Positions 12,763-25,309 of a stretch of 64,000 bases of DNA are shown in pieces; positions within the stretch are counted from its first letter, which is position 1, and each line of letters starts with the position of its first letter. Both the position numbers and the translations under genes were made by a program. Source of the stretch: Camelus ferus. Its lineage: Eukaryota. The DNA lies in contig NC_045696.1 of assembly GCF_009834535.1 (NCBI RefSeq), positions 43,464,001 through 43,528,000 of the forward strand. The letters run 5' to 3'. The notes below the pieces were generated by a model. It ran no database searches and was not told where the DNA came from. It saw only the letters and a list, made by a program, of their open reading frames with translations.

Positions 12763-12984
12763 TGAACTGCTTCTTCTTTGCCTTCTAATATTCATCATCA
12801 AACTGTTTTCTGATCATACCTGTAACTTTCTCACTCCAACAGAAATATTGCTCCCCTTGAAAGCATGTTGTTCCCTACAGCTGTCTCCAATTCTGACAGT
12901 TTCTTTGTTTTTTTTCTTCTACAATTCCCATACAACTTAGCCTAGAGGGAAGGTAGGTGATCTCCTTTACTTCTATTCCATGTT

Positions 12985-13470
12985 TAGTTCTCATCATCCT
13001 TTGCTAAAACTGTTCTTGTCAAGTACACCTATGTCTTCATGTTTTTAAATCCAACTATTATTCTTTGTGTTTATGATTAATTTTCATCTTTACTGACTTA
13101 AAGGTGACATTTGACCCAGTTGATGATTCTCTTCCTTTGATGCACTTTCTTCACCTTGCATCCAGAACATAACTATTGTTTTCTTTTACTCCGTCACTGG
13201 CTAACCCTTATCAGTTTCTTCTGATGATCTCTTCTCTTCTTTATGGCATCTGTTGGCATTCCATAGGACCCTTGAGTTATCCTTACAGTATTCCTTGGCT
13301 TCTTTCTCAAACCCTATATTTAATTCATCAGGATACCCTCTTGGCTTTATTTTCAAATATCTCCTGAATATGTCCTTCAGTGCTACTTCCCTATTATCAA
13401 TTTCTCCTACCTGGATTAGTGCAATAGGTATAGACTTGTCTATTTTCTTCCACTTTTGTCTCTTGAATCA
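12985..13470 (+). mobile_element. L2 fragment
   Basis: 'aaaactgttcttgtcaag..cacc', 'aaatccaa' and 'catttgacccagttgat..ttctcttcctt...cactttcttcac' match the L2 ORF2 3' region. Confidence 0.75.
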
Positions 13471-16400
13471 ATTAAGGGTTGACTTAAGAGACAAATAGGA
13501 AATTCTGTGATTTCAAAACCTTAGAAGAGGAAAATCCATGTGATGGCTTTAACTTTCAATTTTACTGTCAAAGAAAGGCAGAATTGCTGCAGCCTAGAGT
13601 CAGAAGACAGGAGGAAACAACAGATAGCTTTAAAACTTCTCTGTGTGTGGGAAGACCATGTATCTGCTCACAACTGTAAACAGAGGAAGAAGGAAAAAAT
13701 AGCTCTACCTCTCTTTCACTTTCTGACCATAAATTACAAGGTTACTCTAATTACTCAGTAAATTTTTAGCTACTGAACCTCATTTTCTCTATTGGCTTTC
13801 ATTCTACAGTTCTGATATTTAATAGGATAAACTATTATTTTCAAAATATTGGAAGTTGCTACCTATAGAATATCTATATATTGTCTAGTGTTTGGAAAGA
13901 GTTAAATAATCATAAAACTTGATCATGGCCAAAGAATAATTCCACCAATATCATGCAGTCAGAAAGGAAGTCACCTTTAAGCTCATAATCTAACCATTAA
14001 TGACAGATATGTACTATTTAGACACTATAAAGTAACATGGATTGCAAGAGCCACTTGAATTTGGAGAGAGTGTACTTGGCTTAAATAGCCTTATAATTAA
14101 GCAGTGTTTGTTTCTACAGCAACTACAAATATTTGAATTTGAATACTGAATTTTACAAAATAAAAAACATTAGCATTAGTTGTAACAAATCAAACTTTAC
14201 AGAGCTTATAAACAAGAAATTGGTAATATATTTTGACTCATTCAAATTTTAACTCCCTGAAATTAAAAGTACTCATAGTTTGATATTATGCTTTCATATA
14301 TACAATGATCTATTCCTTAAAAAAAGAATTAAATTACACATACAAGGTATGCTTTCTTGAAATTAAAACTCAAATCATATTGAATACACTACTATAAAAA
14401 TTGATTTTTTAAATTTAACAAGTCACTCCTCTATTACAGAACATTCAATGTTTTCCAGATATTTGCCCCTTCAAAAAATTCTGTTATAAATATAAATAAA
14501 TAGATAGGCAAGTAGATAGGTGGAATAGATAAGGTAGATATTAATACAGATACTTTCTTAGCTCCTTATCTATAACAGCTTCTGTTTATTCAAACTTACG
14601 AGAAATACATGATAAATTTTAATGTTCCTATTTTCATTGTGATCATTTGAGTATGATTAATATTTTTCCCATTCTGTCACACTATAATTGTATTGTTTAA
14701 CATGAGACCATTGGCAGGACTTTTACTTAAACTTTATTTCTAATAAATAAAATTCATTAATAAAATCATCTTAATATGAAAATAACAGGCAAAAAAAGTT
14801 AACCTATTATCACACCCCTGAAAATGTTGGGCATTTTAACAAAGTGAAATGCCTAGTTTGCATTATAGACATCATCATATGTACCCAAAATATAAGTGGT
14901 TACTCAGCTAGGAGAGTCCCTAAATAATGTAGTTTTCAAAAAAGCACAAATAAGCAAAGAAAATTTAGTTGAAACTCATTTTAATCATTTCTTGAGGGCG
15001 TGGAAATCAGGGAGAAATATTTTAATCCATGAGAAGTATCTTTAAAACTTTTCTAAAAATCTCACCCACTCAATTTTCTCTATATTGTGAAGTTTTCCCC
15101 TCGAGTTTCAACATGGCCATATAAAACTATCTGTTATCCAGTTCATATGACTTTTTTATTTCATACCGTATCACTTTTCCTCAAGGCTTCTAAAGTAATT
15201 TCTATCCTACTCTGAAGGAAATGCCCCTCTTTGTCTCTTTTTCTTATTGTTCTTAATTAGCTGCAAAAATATCTAACAATAAGCTGAGGAGAAAAGCAGA
15301 TGCTAAGAACACTCACAGGTTAATAGTTTTGTCCTAGTCATTATTGATCATTAGAAGTTATGTCTTTAGTAGTTTATCTCATCCTGAAGATTTTCTTCTA
15401 ATGGTCAATTTTATTAGGGGGATGATAACCTCAGAAATGATTCAGCTGTTCTCTTCTATCCAAACATTTTATATATAGACACTAATTAGTTTCATAGAAG
15501 CACTGAATTTTACAAGTTAAAGAAATATAATAAACATGTTTCTGTACCTTACTATTAGCAGCATAATGTAGTATAAGGTATTATGGCAGAATGTTAATCA
15601 GATATTTATAAATGGGGAATAATTATCATATCAATAAATTAGTGCTTCTACTTTATGTATCTATTGTAAAAAAAACTACAATTCTTAAAATTATTTATTT
15701 ATTTATGAACAGATATGAAAACATTCCCCTGGACAGAAGGGTTGTTAACAAGTTTAAATGTTTTCTCCCATACATAGACAGACAAAGTGACTAATCAATC
15801 TAGAGTCATCTGTTCCAATAAATAGACTAATTATTGACCTTAGTTTGAAACTAATTAATAATAGTTAATAAATTGACAGTTTGAAAATAATTACTATAAA
15901 CATAATCTCATACAATTATGATGTGGTCTTTCTTATCATTATTAGATATAAAAGATTTATATGATAATTATCTTAACATACTCTGCATTTCATATATACC
16001 ACTAAACCTCTGTAAAAAATACTGAAGCATTTTAAGAAATTAGGAGATAGGCCAATTATAATCTTAAATAGGTTTCAAAATGTTTCAAACTCTTAGACTA
16101 GACCTGACAGAACTGATATTATTCTTTAGAGTGTATTTTCAAAAATAATTATATGGTAAGATAAAAACAGATTTTATTCACTTCATTAAATCCTAAGGAA
16201 TTTAATTGGCAAATTAATTATTCAATTAATTAATATTGATTCTGGAACTTTGATAAATGAGACAATCTTAGAAAAGTATGGATACTGGGTGAAATAAAAG
16301 ATCATTAAATATGTCAAGATTGATGAAGGGTTTCTTCCTTAGAAATTCAATAGCTTTCTGCTCTTAAGTAACTTATTTTATTCTAAACGGAACTCTGGTT

Positions 16401-16738
16401 TTTATAAGTAAATTATTGAAGGAAAATACAGTCAATAAGCCAAGGTCTTAGAAAATATAATTCTACAAATACTTATTGAGCATCTGTCTTTAAGGCTCTC
16501 TGCTAGGCACATCAAAATGTTTTGACGAAGTGCTCAGTAAAGGAAATCCTAAAAACAGTTATTATGAAGTCCAGAAAGCCCGTATATTATAATCTACTCA
16601 CACACCACATATAGGCTCACATAGGCACACCTAAACTTTTTCACAGAAATGCCAGGAAATCAAACATGTAGATAATAAGGACAATGTTTGTGTGTTTGTT
16701 GTGTATTTTAAACATTTCTGTTGTTTTTGTTTTCTTAC

Positions 16739-17293
16739 TGTAGAAGAGGAAACAGTTTTCTTCAACCCTCTTAGGATCCCTAGCTGGGCTTGAAATTTAA
16801 ACTGACAAAGAGAGATTAACATAAAAATAACATAAACATTAATTTAATATTATTTATTATATTAAATTAATATAATTAATAATATACATAAAATGTAAAT
16901 TTTACGTAACATGGCATTCTTCACAAGGAAATAAAGATCTAAAGAAAAAGTAAAGCCTGACAATTTTTATGCTAGATTTGACAAAAAATGGACAGTCCTG
17001 GAAAAATACAAGGCAAGAGCATGAGGTATGTGTAGTGAAGTGTGGGAAACTTAGCAAGGCCTGTTCATATTCTTTTCAGCATCCTTTTGCTTTCAGAGAC
17101 TGGGATGCTCCTCTCCTCTGGGTATAGAGAGGACACATATCACAATAAGGTCTTATGACCTGCTTCAGGAGAGAAGGGTGGGGTAAAAATCAGAATGACC
17201 TTCCTTCTGCCATTTTTCTCAGACTCCTTCAGCTTAAAATGTTCAATATGCCAGGGTGCCATATTTGGGGGTAGTATATCCAAAATCCCATCA
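16739..17293 (-). mobile_element. ERV1-type solo LTR (MER34-like)
   Basis: TG...CA termini. The reverse complement starts 'tgatgggattttggatatactacccccaaatatggcaccctggcatattgaacattttaagctgaagg', characteristic of MER34-group LTRs. AT-rich expansion at about 16820-16895. No clear TSD. Confidence 0.75.
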
Positions 17294-18261
17294 CTAGGTA
17301 CTGGATATGTTTTCCACAATGTAGACTAATTTATCTCATAACATTTGGTTGTTTTCTACAAGGGATTCTACTATAGGCCACTTACTCCATAATATAATTC
17401 GGAAAAGCATTGGAGGTGATATGTGGTTGATGTGGTCATTGTGCTTAAGTGATATTAAGGAGAAGCATGAATGAAATGCAACCACTAAACCCTCACTGTG
17501 GAGTATAGGAGGATAGTTCATCTTTGGATTTTATGTCACCTGTCAGCACTGACTTCATTCATTGGACCTTGTGCTATCCATTAAAGCATTGTTAAAATTA
17601 ATCTTATGCAAAAGCACACTCATTTTTGCCTGATTACAAAGACTGAAGACTGTATTTCAACACAGATTTTAAATATTTGTATCATAATTGGACACAAGCT
17701 GTTCTGAACATCTGCTTCTTATCAAGAACAAGAATGACATATCTCTTGCTCTAGATTTGTTTAATGGACAGATTCAGAAATTATGGCCACAGTATGCTGA
17801 GACTTTGAGCCAAGCCTTCCTTTTTTTTTTTTTTTACTAGGAGTTGCAGATACTTGATAAGTTAGAAAAAGATGCTGCCTCCAGCAGATATAGACAGTTT
17901 CATTCCACAAAGCTATAATTTATAAGGAAATGTTGAGTTTGAATCTGTTAGTCTAAGGTATAACATATTTAGTCATTGAAATTATGTTGGCCTCAAAGCC
18001 CAGGTGCATAACCACTCATTATTCTTATTCTCTGTATCTATTAAAGTTGCCATTAGTAATAACACATCCTTGTTTATTTTGTGTTAATTCTCCAACATCT
18101 CAAGCATGTTTTTCATTACTTCAACAATTCAAAATTTGTTACTTAAGATGCATACTAATCAAAAATATTTCTTTAAAAGTCCTAACTACATATTAAAAAC
18201 AGATTTATTCTACCACCTAATGCTGTTTTGGAATTTGTCAAGTATAATGTTTCAAAGCATA

Positions 18262-18475
18262 AATTCATTCATTCATTTTTTTATTCAAAAAATTTTGTTG
18301 AACAGTTTTTTGTATATGTGACAATATGTTAGCCATGAAAGAGTCAGTGCAGAGCAAAGAGATATGGCCCAATTTCTAGAAGAAAAGAGAAATTAATCCA
18401 GTAATCACTAAGTGATATACAAATACAAACTGCTATGTATTATGATAAAGACAAAATGTGATGGTGGATGAGGAA
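18262..18475 (-). mobile_element. L2 3' end
   Basis: 'attcattcattcatt...caaaaaattttgttgaaca' is the typical L2 tail in reverse orientation. Confidence 0.65.
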
Positions 18476-19329
18476 TATGAAGCTCCATATTTAACTACAT
18501 CTTGCCAATCACCATTCACATTAGATTCTCAGCTTTCAGAATCACTATATACTGAAGATGGGAGAACCTATGGAAATGTAAAGGGAATTAGTTTCAGATC
18601 TGCTTCTTAAATGCAGATGTTCTTAAAAAGGTGATCATAGATGTTCTTCCTATCCCATTGTTGGTTCATACTTTATATTTTTTATGCAAGTGATATGTTA
18701 CTTTAGTCCGGCACTATCAGATTTTGTTCTTGGAACAGTTTTATGGATTCATAAATTACTTGTGTCTTTCTGAAACACACCTACGATGGCTAATTAAAAT
18801 GTATTCTTTATGATGTTTAATGATCTTTACCAAAGAGATAAAATGTTCCTTAAAAAATTTACACCTAATGGCTTTTAATGTTCTTTATTTATTTTATATA
18901 ACTATCTCTTGTTAAGAATTTGGACTGTAGAATATTTGTAAGTTTGTACCATTAGTAGACCTTTGAGTTTCTAGTGGTAACTAAGCAATGGGATGCATTA
19001 TATCTGGTAAATCATATATAGGTAAAATATAATTCTAAAAAGACAAAGGTCTCAAGGTAGACAAATACAATCATAGTCAACAGATTCTTTCTCTGGCATT
19101 TGTGCATACAAGGGAACCAAAGTTTGGACAAATATAAAGAAAGAAAAATAGATTAAAAAATAGAGGGCCTCAACTGCTGGCATCAGGCATCACTAGGATA
19201 TTTCCTAGTGGGTGCAGCAGCTGGGGGTTCAGCCAGACTGTCCTGGCCTACAGAATCTGAGATTCTCTCTGTGGCCAGATGAGTTTTTATGGGTAGGCCT
19301 GTCCATCTTTAACTTCATTCAGAATTGAG

Positions 19330-20845
19330 AAGTGTGGCCAAGATGGCAGAGTGGGAAGACCTTGTGCTCACCTCATCCCACGGACATACCAAAATGCTAA
19401 CAGTTCACAGAGAAATTATCAATGAGAATGACCTGAAGACTAGCAGAGAAGATCTTCTACAACTAAAAATATAAAGAAGGAGCTACAAAGAAATGGGTAA
19501 GAGGTGCAGATACACAGTATAGTCAAGACCCACACCCTCAGAAAGGCCACCCACAAATGGGAGGATAATCACAATTGCAGAGGTTCTCCTGAAGGAAAGA
19601 GGGGTCTAAGCCTCACCTCAGGCTCCCCTGCCAAGGGGTCCCTCACTGGAAAGATGAGCTCCTAGAACATTTGGCTTTGAAGACCAGAGGTGTCTTCCTT
19701 TTAGATGACCCAGAGGGCTGTGGGAAATAGAGACTCCACTCTAAAAGGGCACACACAAAATCTCACACACTCCCAGACTCAGGAGGGAAGTAGTAATTTG
19801 AACACAGCCTAAGTCAGACTCACTTGCTGATCTTGAAGAGCCTCCTAGAGAGGGAGGAGGCAACTGGGACTCACCTGGGACATAGACACTGATGGCTGAG
19901 AATTTGGGGAGCTCATTCTACCATTCTTCCAAGGACACTGGTGCTGTTAAGCACAATTTTGGGGTCTTCCTTCTAGTTTATTAGCACAAGGACCTGGATC
20001 TACCAACCATTCAGTCAGTATCAGTGGCCCTCAGGCCAAGAAGCTAGCTGTGTGATGACACAGCTTTACCCACAAGCAGGCTGGCAGCAGCCTTTGGCTT
20101 CCCTTAGTCTCCCAGGCACTGTTTGGACCAGCCCCATCAACCAGAGGGCCCAGGACCCTGCTCCATTTGCCAGGGGTTCCATGACTCAGTCCTGCCAAAC
20201 ATCAGACTGACACCAATTCTGGGACCCCAGAGTCCTGCAGCTAGAGATTCTGGGACCTAGTTCTGCCCACCAATGGTCCTGATCTAGTTCCAGGACCCTC
20301 AGTGTCCTCACAGCCAGCCAAGGCAGGACCAATTTCCACTTACTAGTAGGCTGACACTAGCTCCTGTGCAAAAACCACAAGCACATGGAGGCTAAAGAAT
20401 AGTCTACTAAACAACCAACAGGTCAGTGAAGAATCAAAAATTACCTAGAGACAAACAAGAATGAAAACACAATGATCAAACATCTATGGGATGCAGCAAA
20501 AGCAGTTATAAGAGAGAAGTTTATAGCAATACAAGCCTATCTGAGAAACCAAGAAAACATCAAAGAAACAACCTAACATTATGAATAAAGGAACTAGAAA
20601 AAAAAAAAACAAAGCCCAAAGTTAGTGGAAGGAAAAAAATAATAAAGATCAGAGTGAAATAAAAGAAATAAAGACTAAAAAAATATAAAAAAGAATGATG
20701 AAACCAAGAGATGGTTCATCGAAAAGATAAACAAAATTAATAAATACTTATCCAGACTTATCAAGGGAAAAAAAAAAAGAAGACCCAAATCAGTAAAATC
20801 CAAAATGAAAAAGGAAAAGTTACAACCAGCACCACAAAGAAAAAG
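19330..20845 (+). mobile_element. LINE-1 remnant: 5'UTR (about 19330-20366) joined directly to an internal ORF2 segment (about 20367-20845)
   Basis: Starts with the L1 5' signature 'ccaagatggcagagtgggaagac', continues through a GC-richer 5'UTR with degenerate repeats, then 'caaaaaccacaagcacatggaggctaaa...ctatgggatgcagcaaaagcagt' (ORF2 just after the endonuclease domain, LWDAAKAV). Confidence 0.85.
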
Positions 20846-21208
20846 ACAAGAAAATGAAATAAGAGGAATCCAATTATACTTTCTAAAATTGGCCAGAGTG
20901 AGAAAGTGTTATTTATTTTAGAGGTATTCAAAAACATAAATGGGACCTTAGTGGCCATACTAAAATATTTCTTCATGGATAGTTGAAGAAACTTAAGTCA
21001 GAGGACAACAGAGATAATTTGAGGTCGCACAACTATTTGACAGGAAATGACATCTAGATCACCACATTACAAATTGAAAACTATTTTTAAGGCTCAATAA
21101 CATACTATTTGAAGGAAGCATATCATGGAATTTGGTTTTAAAAGAGAAAATACTTTAGTTTATATTTTTCTATCTCATTATTTTTCTTTCTTTTTAATTT
21201 TTACTCTT

Positions 21209-21577
21209 AATTTTTAAATTGAAATATAGTTGACTTATAATATATTATTTTCAGTTATATAACATAGTTATTTGATGTTTTTATAGATTATATTCCATAT
21301 AAAGTTATTATAAAATATTACAATATCCCCTGTGCTGTACACTACTTCCTTGTAACATTCATTTTATACCTAGTAGTTTGTGCCTCTTAACCCCCTTCAC
21401 ATATCCTGCTCCTCCCCTCCCCCACCTCCACTCTGGTAACCACTTGTTTGTTCTCTGTATTTGAGTCTTTTTGTTTGTTTTGTTTTGTTATATTTATTTG
21501 TTTGTTTTATTTTTTAGATTCCACATATAAGTGAAAACATACAGTATTTGTCTCTGACTTATTTCACTGAGTGTAAC
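21209..21577 (-). mobile_element. L1 3' end with probable TSD
   Basis: 'ttgaaatatagttgacttataa...ctctggtaaccacttgtttgttctctgtat...ttagattccacatataagtga' is an L1 3'UTR. Flanked by 'att(t/g)ttactctt' at about 21197-21208 and 21578-21589. Confidence 0.85.
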
Positions 21578-21876
21578 ATTGTTACTCTTTATAAGTTATG
21601 AAGATTAGAAAATATCTGTAGATATTTGGAATTAAGTTTAAAAATATTTACAGAAAACATTCAGGAAAACATCTATTTTATCTTAAAGGCAAAGGGATCA
21701 AAAAACAGTGATAAACAGAAGAATGACATAAAAACTTTTCATTTAGAAGTATCACTCTGGAGAAAATAAATAAAATGAATTGAAAGGAAAATCTGCTGAA
21801 TATAAGGCATAGCAGTTAAGGTATAGCCCATTTATAAAAGAAGAAATTTGTTTGTTTGTTTTGATTGTTTTTAAAG

Positions 21877-22110
21877 ATAATTATACTTGACACTTACTGA
21901 GAATTTTCCTTCTGGCACAGATTTAAGTGCTTTGCCTGCACTAAATCATTCTACTCCACATGTTTCAAGATATCATTATGTATAATTTGCAGATAAAGAA
22001 TCTAAATATTAGAAAGTAGAGAGGTTAGTTTGATTCGTCACAATTACAAAACAGTCAGCTGTGGTTTTAGAATTTGAACCCAGGACATCAGATTTTCAGG
22101 TCCACTGTCA
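21877..22110 (-). mobile_element. MIR SINE
   Basis: 'acacttactgag...taagtgctttg...ttgcagataaagaatcta...aatttgaacccagg' is the reverse MIR core. Confidence 0.7.
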
Positions 22111-22744
22111 AAATTGCTGCTGTTTACTGTAAGTAAGAAAGTTTTCCTGATCTCTGTCCTTAAGTGTCCCCTTATAGGGACAGTAGGAAGAAGACAGCAC
22201 TTCACTTATTGACATACTGATACATTTATTTAAAACTTATTAATATTCCCAAGGTATATGATATTTTAAAATGATAAAGATTGTTCTTGTCATATGGTAG
22301 TCATTTCTTAATAAAGCTATCCTTTTCCAGGAAAGATAAAAGGATAATAGTAAGAAAGCAAAACCAAAAACAAAACAAAACAAAAAACCACTGGAGAACC
22401 CTGATTAACAAAACTATCAAATATTAAAACATACAGGTCTGTTTCATTTGGAAATAAGTGACAAGAAAATCTTCAAACCACCAAAATAAGAAACTAGATA
22501 ATTTTTTTTTAAATCATAAAACCATTAGAGACCTATGGACATGAAGAAACCTAAAATAACTTAATTCCATAGCAATGAGCAATTCCTAGGTGCGCAAGAA
22601 ATGTCGAGGCTTTTATACTTGGGGCTGGATGATAGTGTTTGGTGTTGGGCAGGCAGAGGAGCAAGCCCACCATAGAAGGATACTCTTTGTTCAGAGATTA
22701 GAAAACACCAGCCAATCTTTCAACAAATCAGTTGTAGGTGTGTT

Positions 22745-23300
22745 GCATTTGAATCTACAATAACACCCAAAGCAGAGACTAAGCTCTCTGGCAGGTAATT
22801 CTTTTACATGCGGATTTTATTGAGAAAGCAGACTGAGGACAGGGCTGCACAGTGGGGATGAGTTATGTGATCTCATCGTCCCTCAGTCTTCTGAATCTGC
22901 ATCTCAGTGTCTTGCACCATCAATATCCAACAATCTGTAGGTCTCACATGGTACTGCAGTCTCACAGGCCAGCTAATATCTTTTAATCTGCACTTCTACA
23001 TTATCAGTCTTGAGGTTGCACAGTCCCTGATTTCTCAGTCTTGAATTCCCAAGATCTCATATTCTTGAAGTCTAGCAGATTCTAAATCTAACATCCTTGT
23101 GTTCTCACAGTTTCAAAGTCCAACCAATTTGTAGTTTCACTGTTTTAAGGTCAATTAATTAGTTTTACACTGTTTAGTTAAATGGCTCTTCTGGAGGAAA
23201 AGGCCTGAACTCATCTTTAAATGCCTTTGAAAAGTGAGGTAAGCTGTCTAAAGTTGCAGTGAAAACCAAATCCAATTTACCCTTTGATACAATCAAAGAT
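22745..23300 (-). mobile_element. Probable ancient ERVL-type LTR with an internal degenerate tandem repeat
   Basis: 'cccaaagcagagactaagc...attttattgagaaag' resembles the reverse 3' end of ERVL LTRs. It is followed by repeated 'tctcagtcttga/tctcacag' units at 22870-23150. Confidence 0.3.
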
Positions 23301-23543
23301 AATAATCCAGTAGAGATAGAAGTTGGGGACTGAGCTGAAATTCAAAGAGCATTTCCTCTGATTTCCTGTTGCTTGTATACTAAAGCTCTGCTTCAACTGC
23401 CACCCAGCCTCAAACAAGCTCAAATCCTGATTCAGTCACCATGGTCAGTCCCTCATTCTAGCTTCTTAGAGGAAAGAATGTTGATTCTTCTAACAAAGAA
23501 AGAGGGAAGAAGAGAGACAGAGTGAAAGAGGGAAGAAAATTAA

Positions 23544-23629
23544 TACATGTGTGTACACACATATATACACGTGTGTACCTACATATATGTGTGTATGTGT
23601 ATATATAGTGTTTACATGTATGTGTATAT
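23544..23629. repeat. Alternating purine-pyrimidine (TA/CA/TG) compound microsatellite
   Basis: 'tacatgtgtgtacacacatatatacacgtgtgtacctacatatatgtgtgtatgtgtatatata...'. Confidence 0.85.
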
Positions 23630-23799
23630 TAGCTTGTACAGCCCTTTAAAGTATAATGATACCTGAAATATGATCAAAAGTTATGAAGCACACTAAGAAT
23701 CAGGGAGATGTGATCTCTAGTCAAAGTAAAGCTCAGATACAAACATATTTATTATCTTAATTTGCCCAAATTACTATCACCTGGCTTCCATAAGTCATT

Positions 23800-24500
23800 C
23801 CTCTGTCCATTTTTTACAGTTGTATTCTGATGCCTGGGAATTAACATTGCTCAGAATCAGTGTCCAGTTGTTTATTCTTTCATCAGTACACATTCATATT
23901 TGTAAACGTACTCTAATCAATTTAGGGTATTCTGGGTGGAAAAATTAAAGAATATATTTACAATAATTTAAAAAGTGTCCTTTTTCAAGATATCCAGATT
24001 CCCCCCATCATTCCGGGGGCCAAGTTCTACGAAATGATTCAGATCTAATAATTAGACCAAAGTCCATGATTACCCATTATAATGGACTCTGTTCAAAAGT
24101 AAATTTAACTATTTTTAAGTTTTATAATCAAGATTCCCTTAGTAGGCTTATCATTTATTATAATCCCAATAAAAACATAATCAATTTGGTATGGGCAAAA
24201 ATGATGGCATATAAAAGCAGTATATTCACCACTGTCCCCCTGATACCCATTATGACAATCAGACTCAGTATCTGATGGTTAAGTGCTAAAACTTGTCCTC
24301 TGTTATTCTGGGATTACATAAACTGCTTTGTAATCATCTATCCCGTTTCAATAGTAATGTTCATATTTTTGTTTCCAACATGCAGAGGACAGCTATAGCA
24401 ACCAAGTCTCACTGAAGGGAGTCTTTTGGATTTTCTTGGTGATATTTTTAACAAATATATGAGCACATGACAAATGCCTTCAACAAGGCTCACAGTCTGC
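23800..24500 (-). mobile_element. Ancient ERVL/MaLR internal fragment (gag C-terminus to protease)
   Basis: Minus-strand blocks 'gactcccttca', 'gctgtcctctg', 'atcccagaataacagaggacaagttttagcacttaaccatcaga', 'gcctactaa' and 'ggaatgatgggggg...cttgaaaaaggac' are collinear with recalled ERVL gag. 'ctggacactgattctgag..ttaattcccagg' (LDTDSE..LIP) corresponds to the protease motif LLDTGSELTLIPG. Confidence 0.75.
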
Positions 24501-24929
24501 CCTTGGATGCTTTTTCATTATACAATTGAATTTCTCAAATCTCTACTTCATTTAGTGTAGCACACCACTGGGTGCAGATTTCTTGCCAAAGAGCTGAGCG
24601 ATGTTAGAATCTCTCCCAGAATCTGTGGTTAAGTGTACTCATACTAATGCATTTGGCTTAATTTAAAGTTGAATTTATTTTTACTTATTCTAGCACTATT
24701 AAAATTATTTTTGTACACAGTTATCAGGTTACTTCCTGTATAAATTAGCAATATTTTAGAATTATTTTGCTGTGTAAGCTTTTACCTCCCGGGTAAGATT
24801 TTCTACCTGTATCTTTAGAGCACATGAATCTGAGTCTACTTACTTATCTAAAGGAAATGAGAAGTGGCAGAGATTAGCCCTCAGGAAATGTGGGATCAAC
24901 ATAGCATAAAAAATTAAAGATAACAAAAA

Positions 24930-25278
24930 TAATTAAAACACTGCATGGCAGGAATAAATTTATCAGGCAGGGAATTCGGGACTTTGGCTAGTAAGTACAA
25001 AATTATTGGAAAGATTAGAGGAAGAGGGCCATAGTCTCAAACTCCATGAATGTCTTCCAGAACTGATATACCAGCGAAGCAACTCTGACCACTAGAATTT
25101 GAATTGTAGCGAAAACTCCGTGCTAACAACTGCAATCCAGAACTTAGAAATTGAAAAGCCATTGCTACTATTGTACCTATCTCTTGAAACCCAGAAACCT
25201 GAAGAATATTCTGACACTGGAATGTAGTTGCAGAGAATCTTCATGTTAACAAAATGTTTCTTACAAGAAGGCAAAACC

Positions 25279-25309
<31 letters not shown>

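Noticed and set aside
19165..19290. H/ACA or C/D snoRNA interpretation of the double hairpin
   Set aside because: No ANANNA hinge box or terminal ACA at the expected positions on either strand, and no properly placed terminal C and D boxes.
22400..22740. Possible old L1 5'-region fragment
   Set aside because: Resemblance too weak to support without an alignment.
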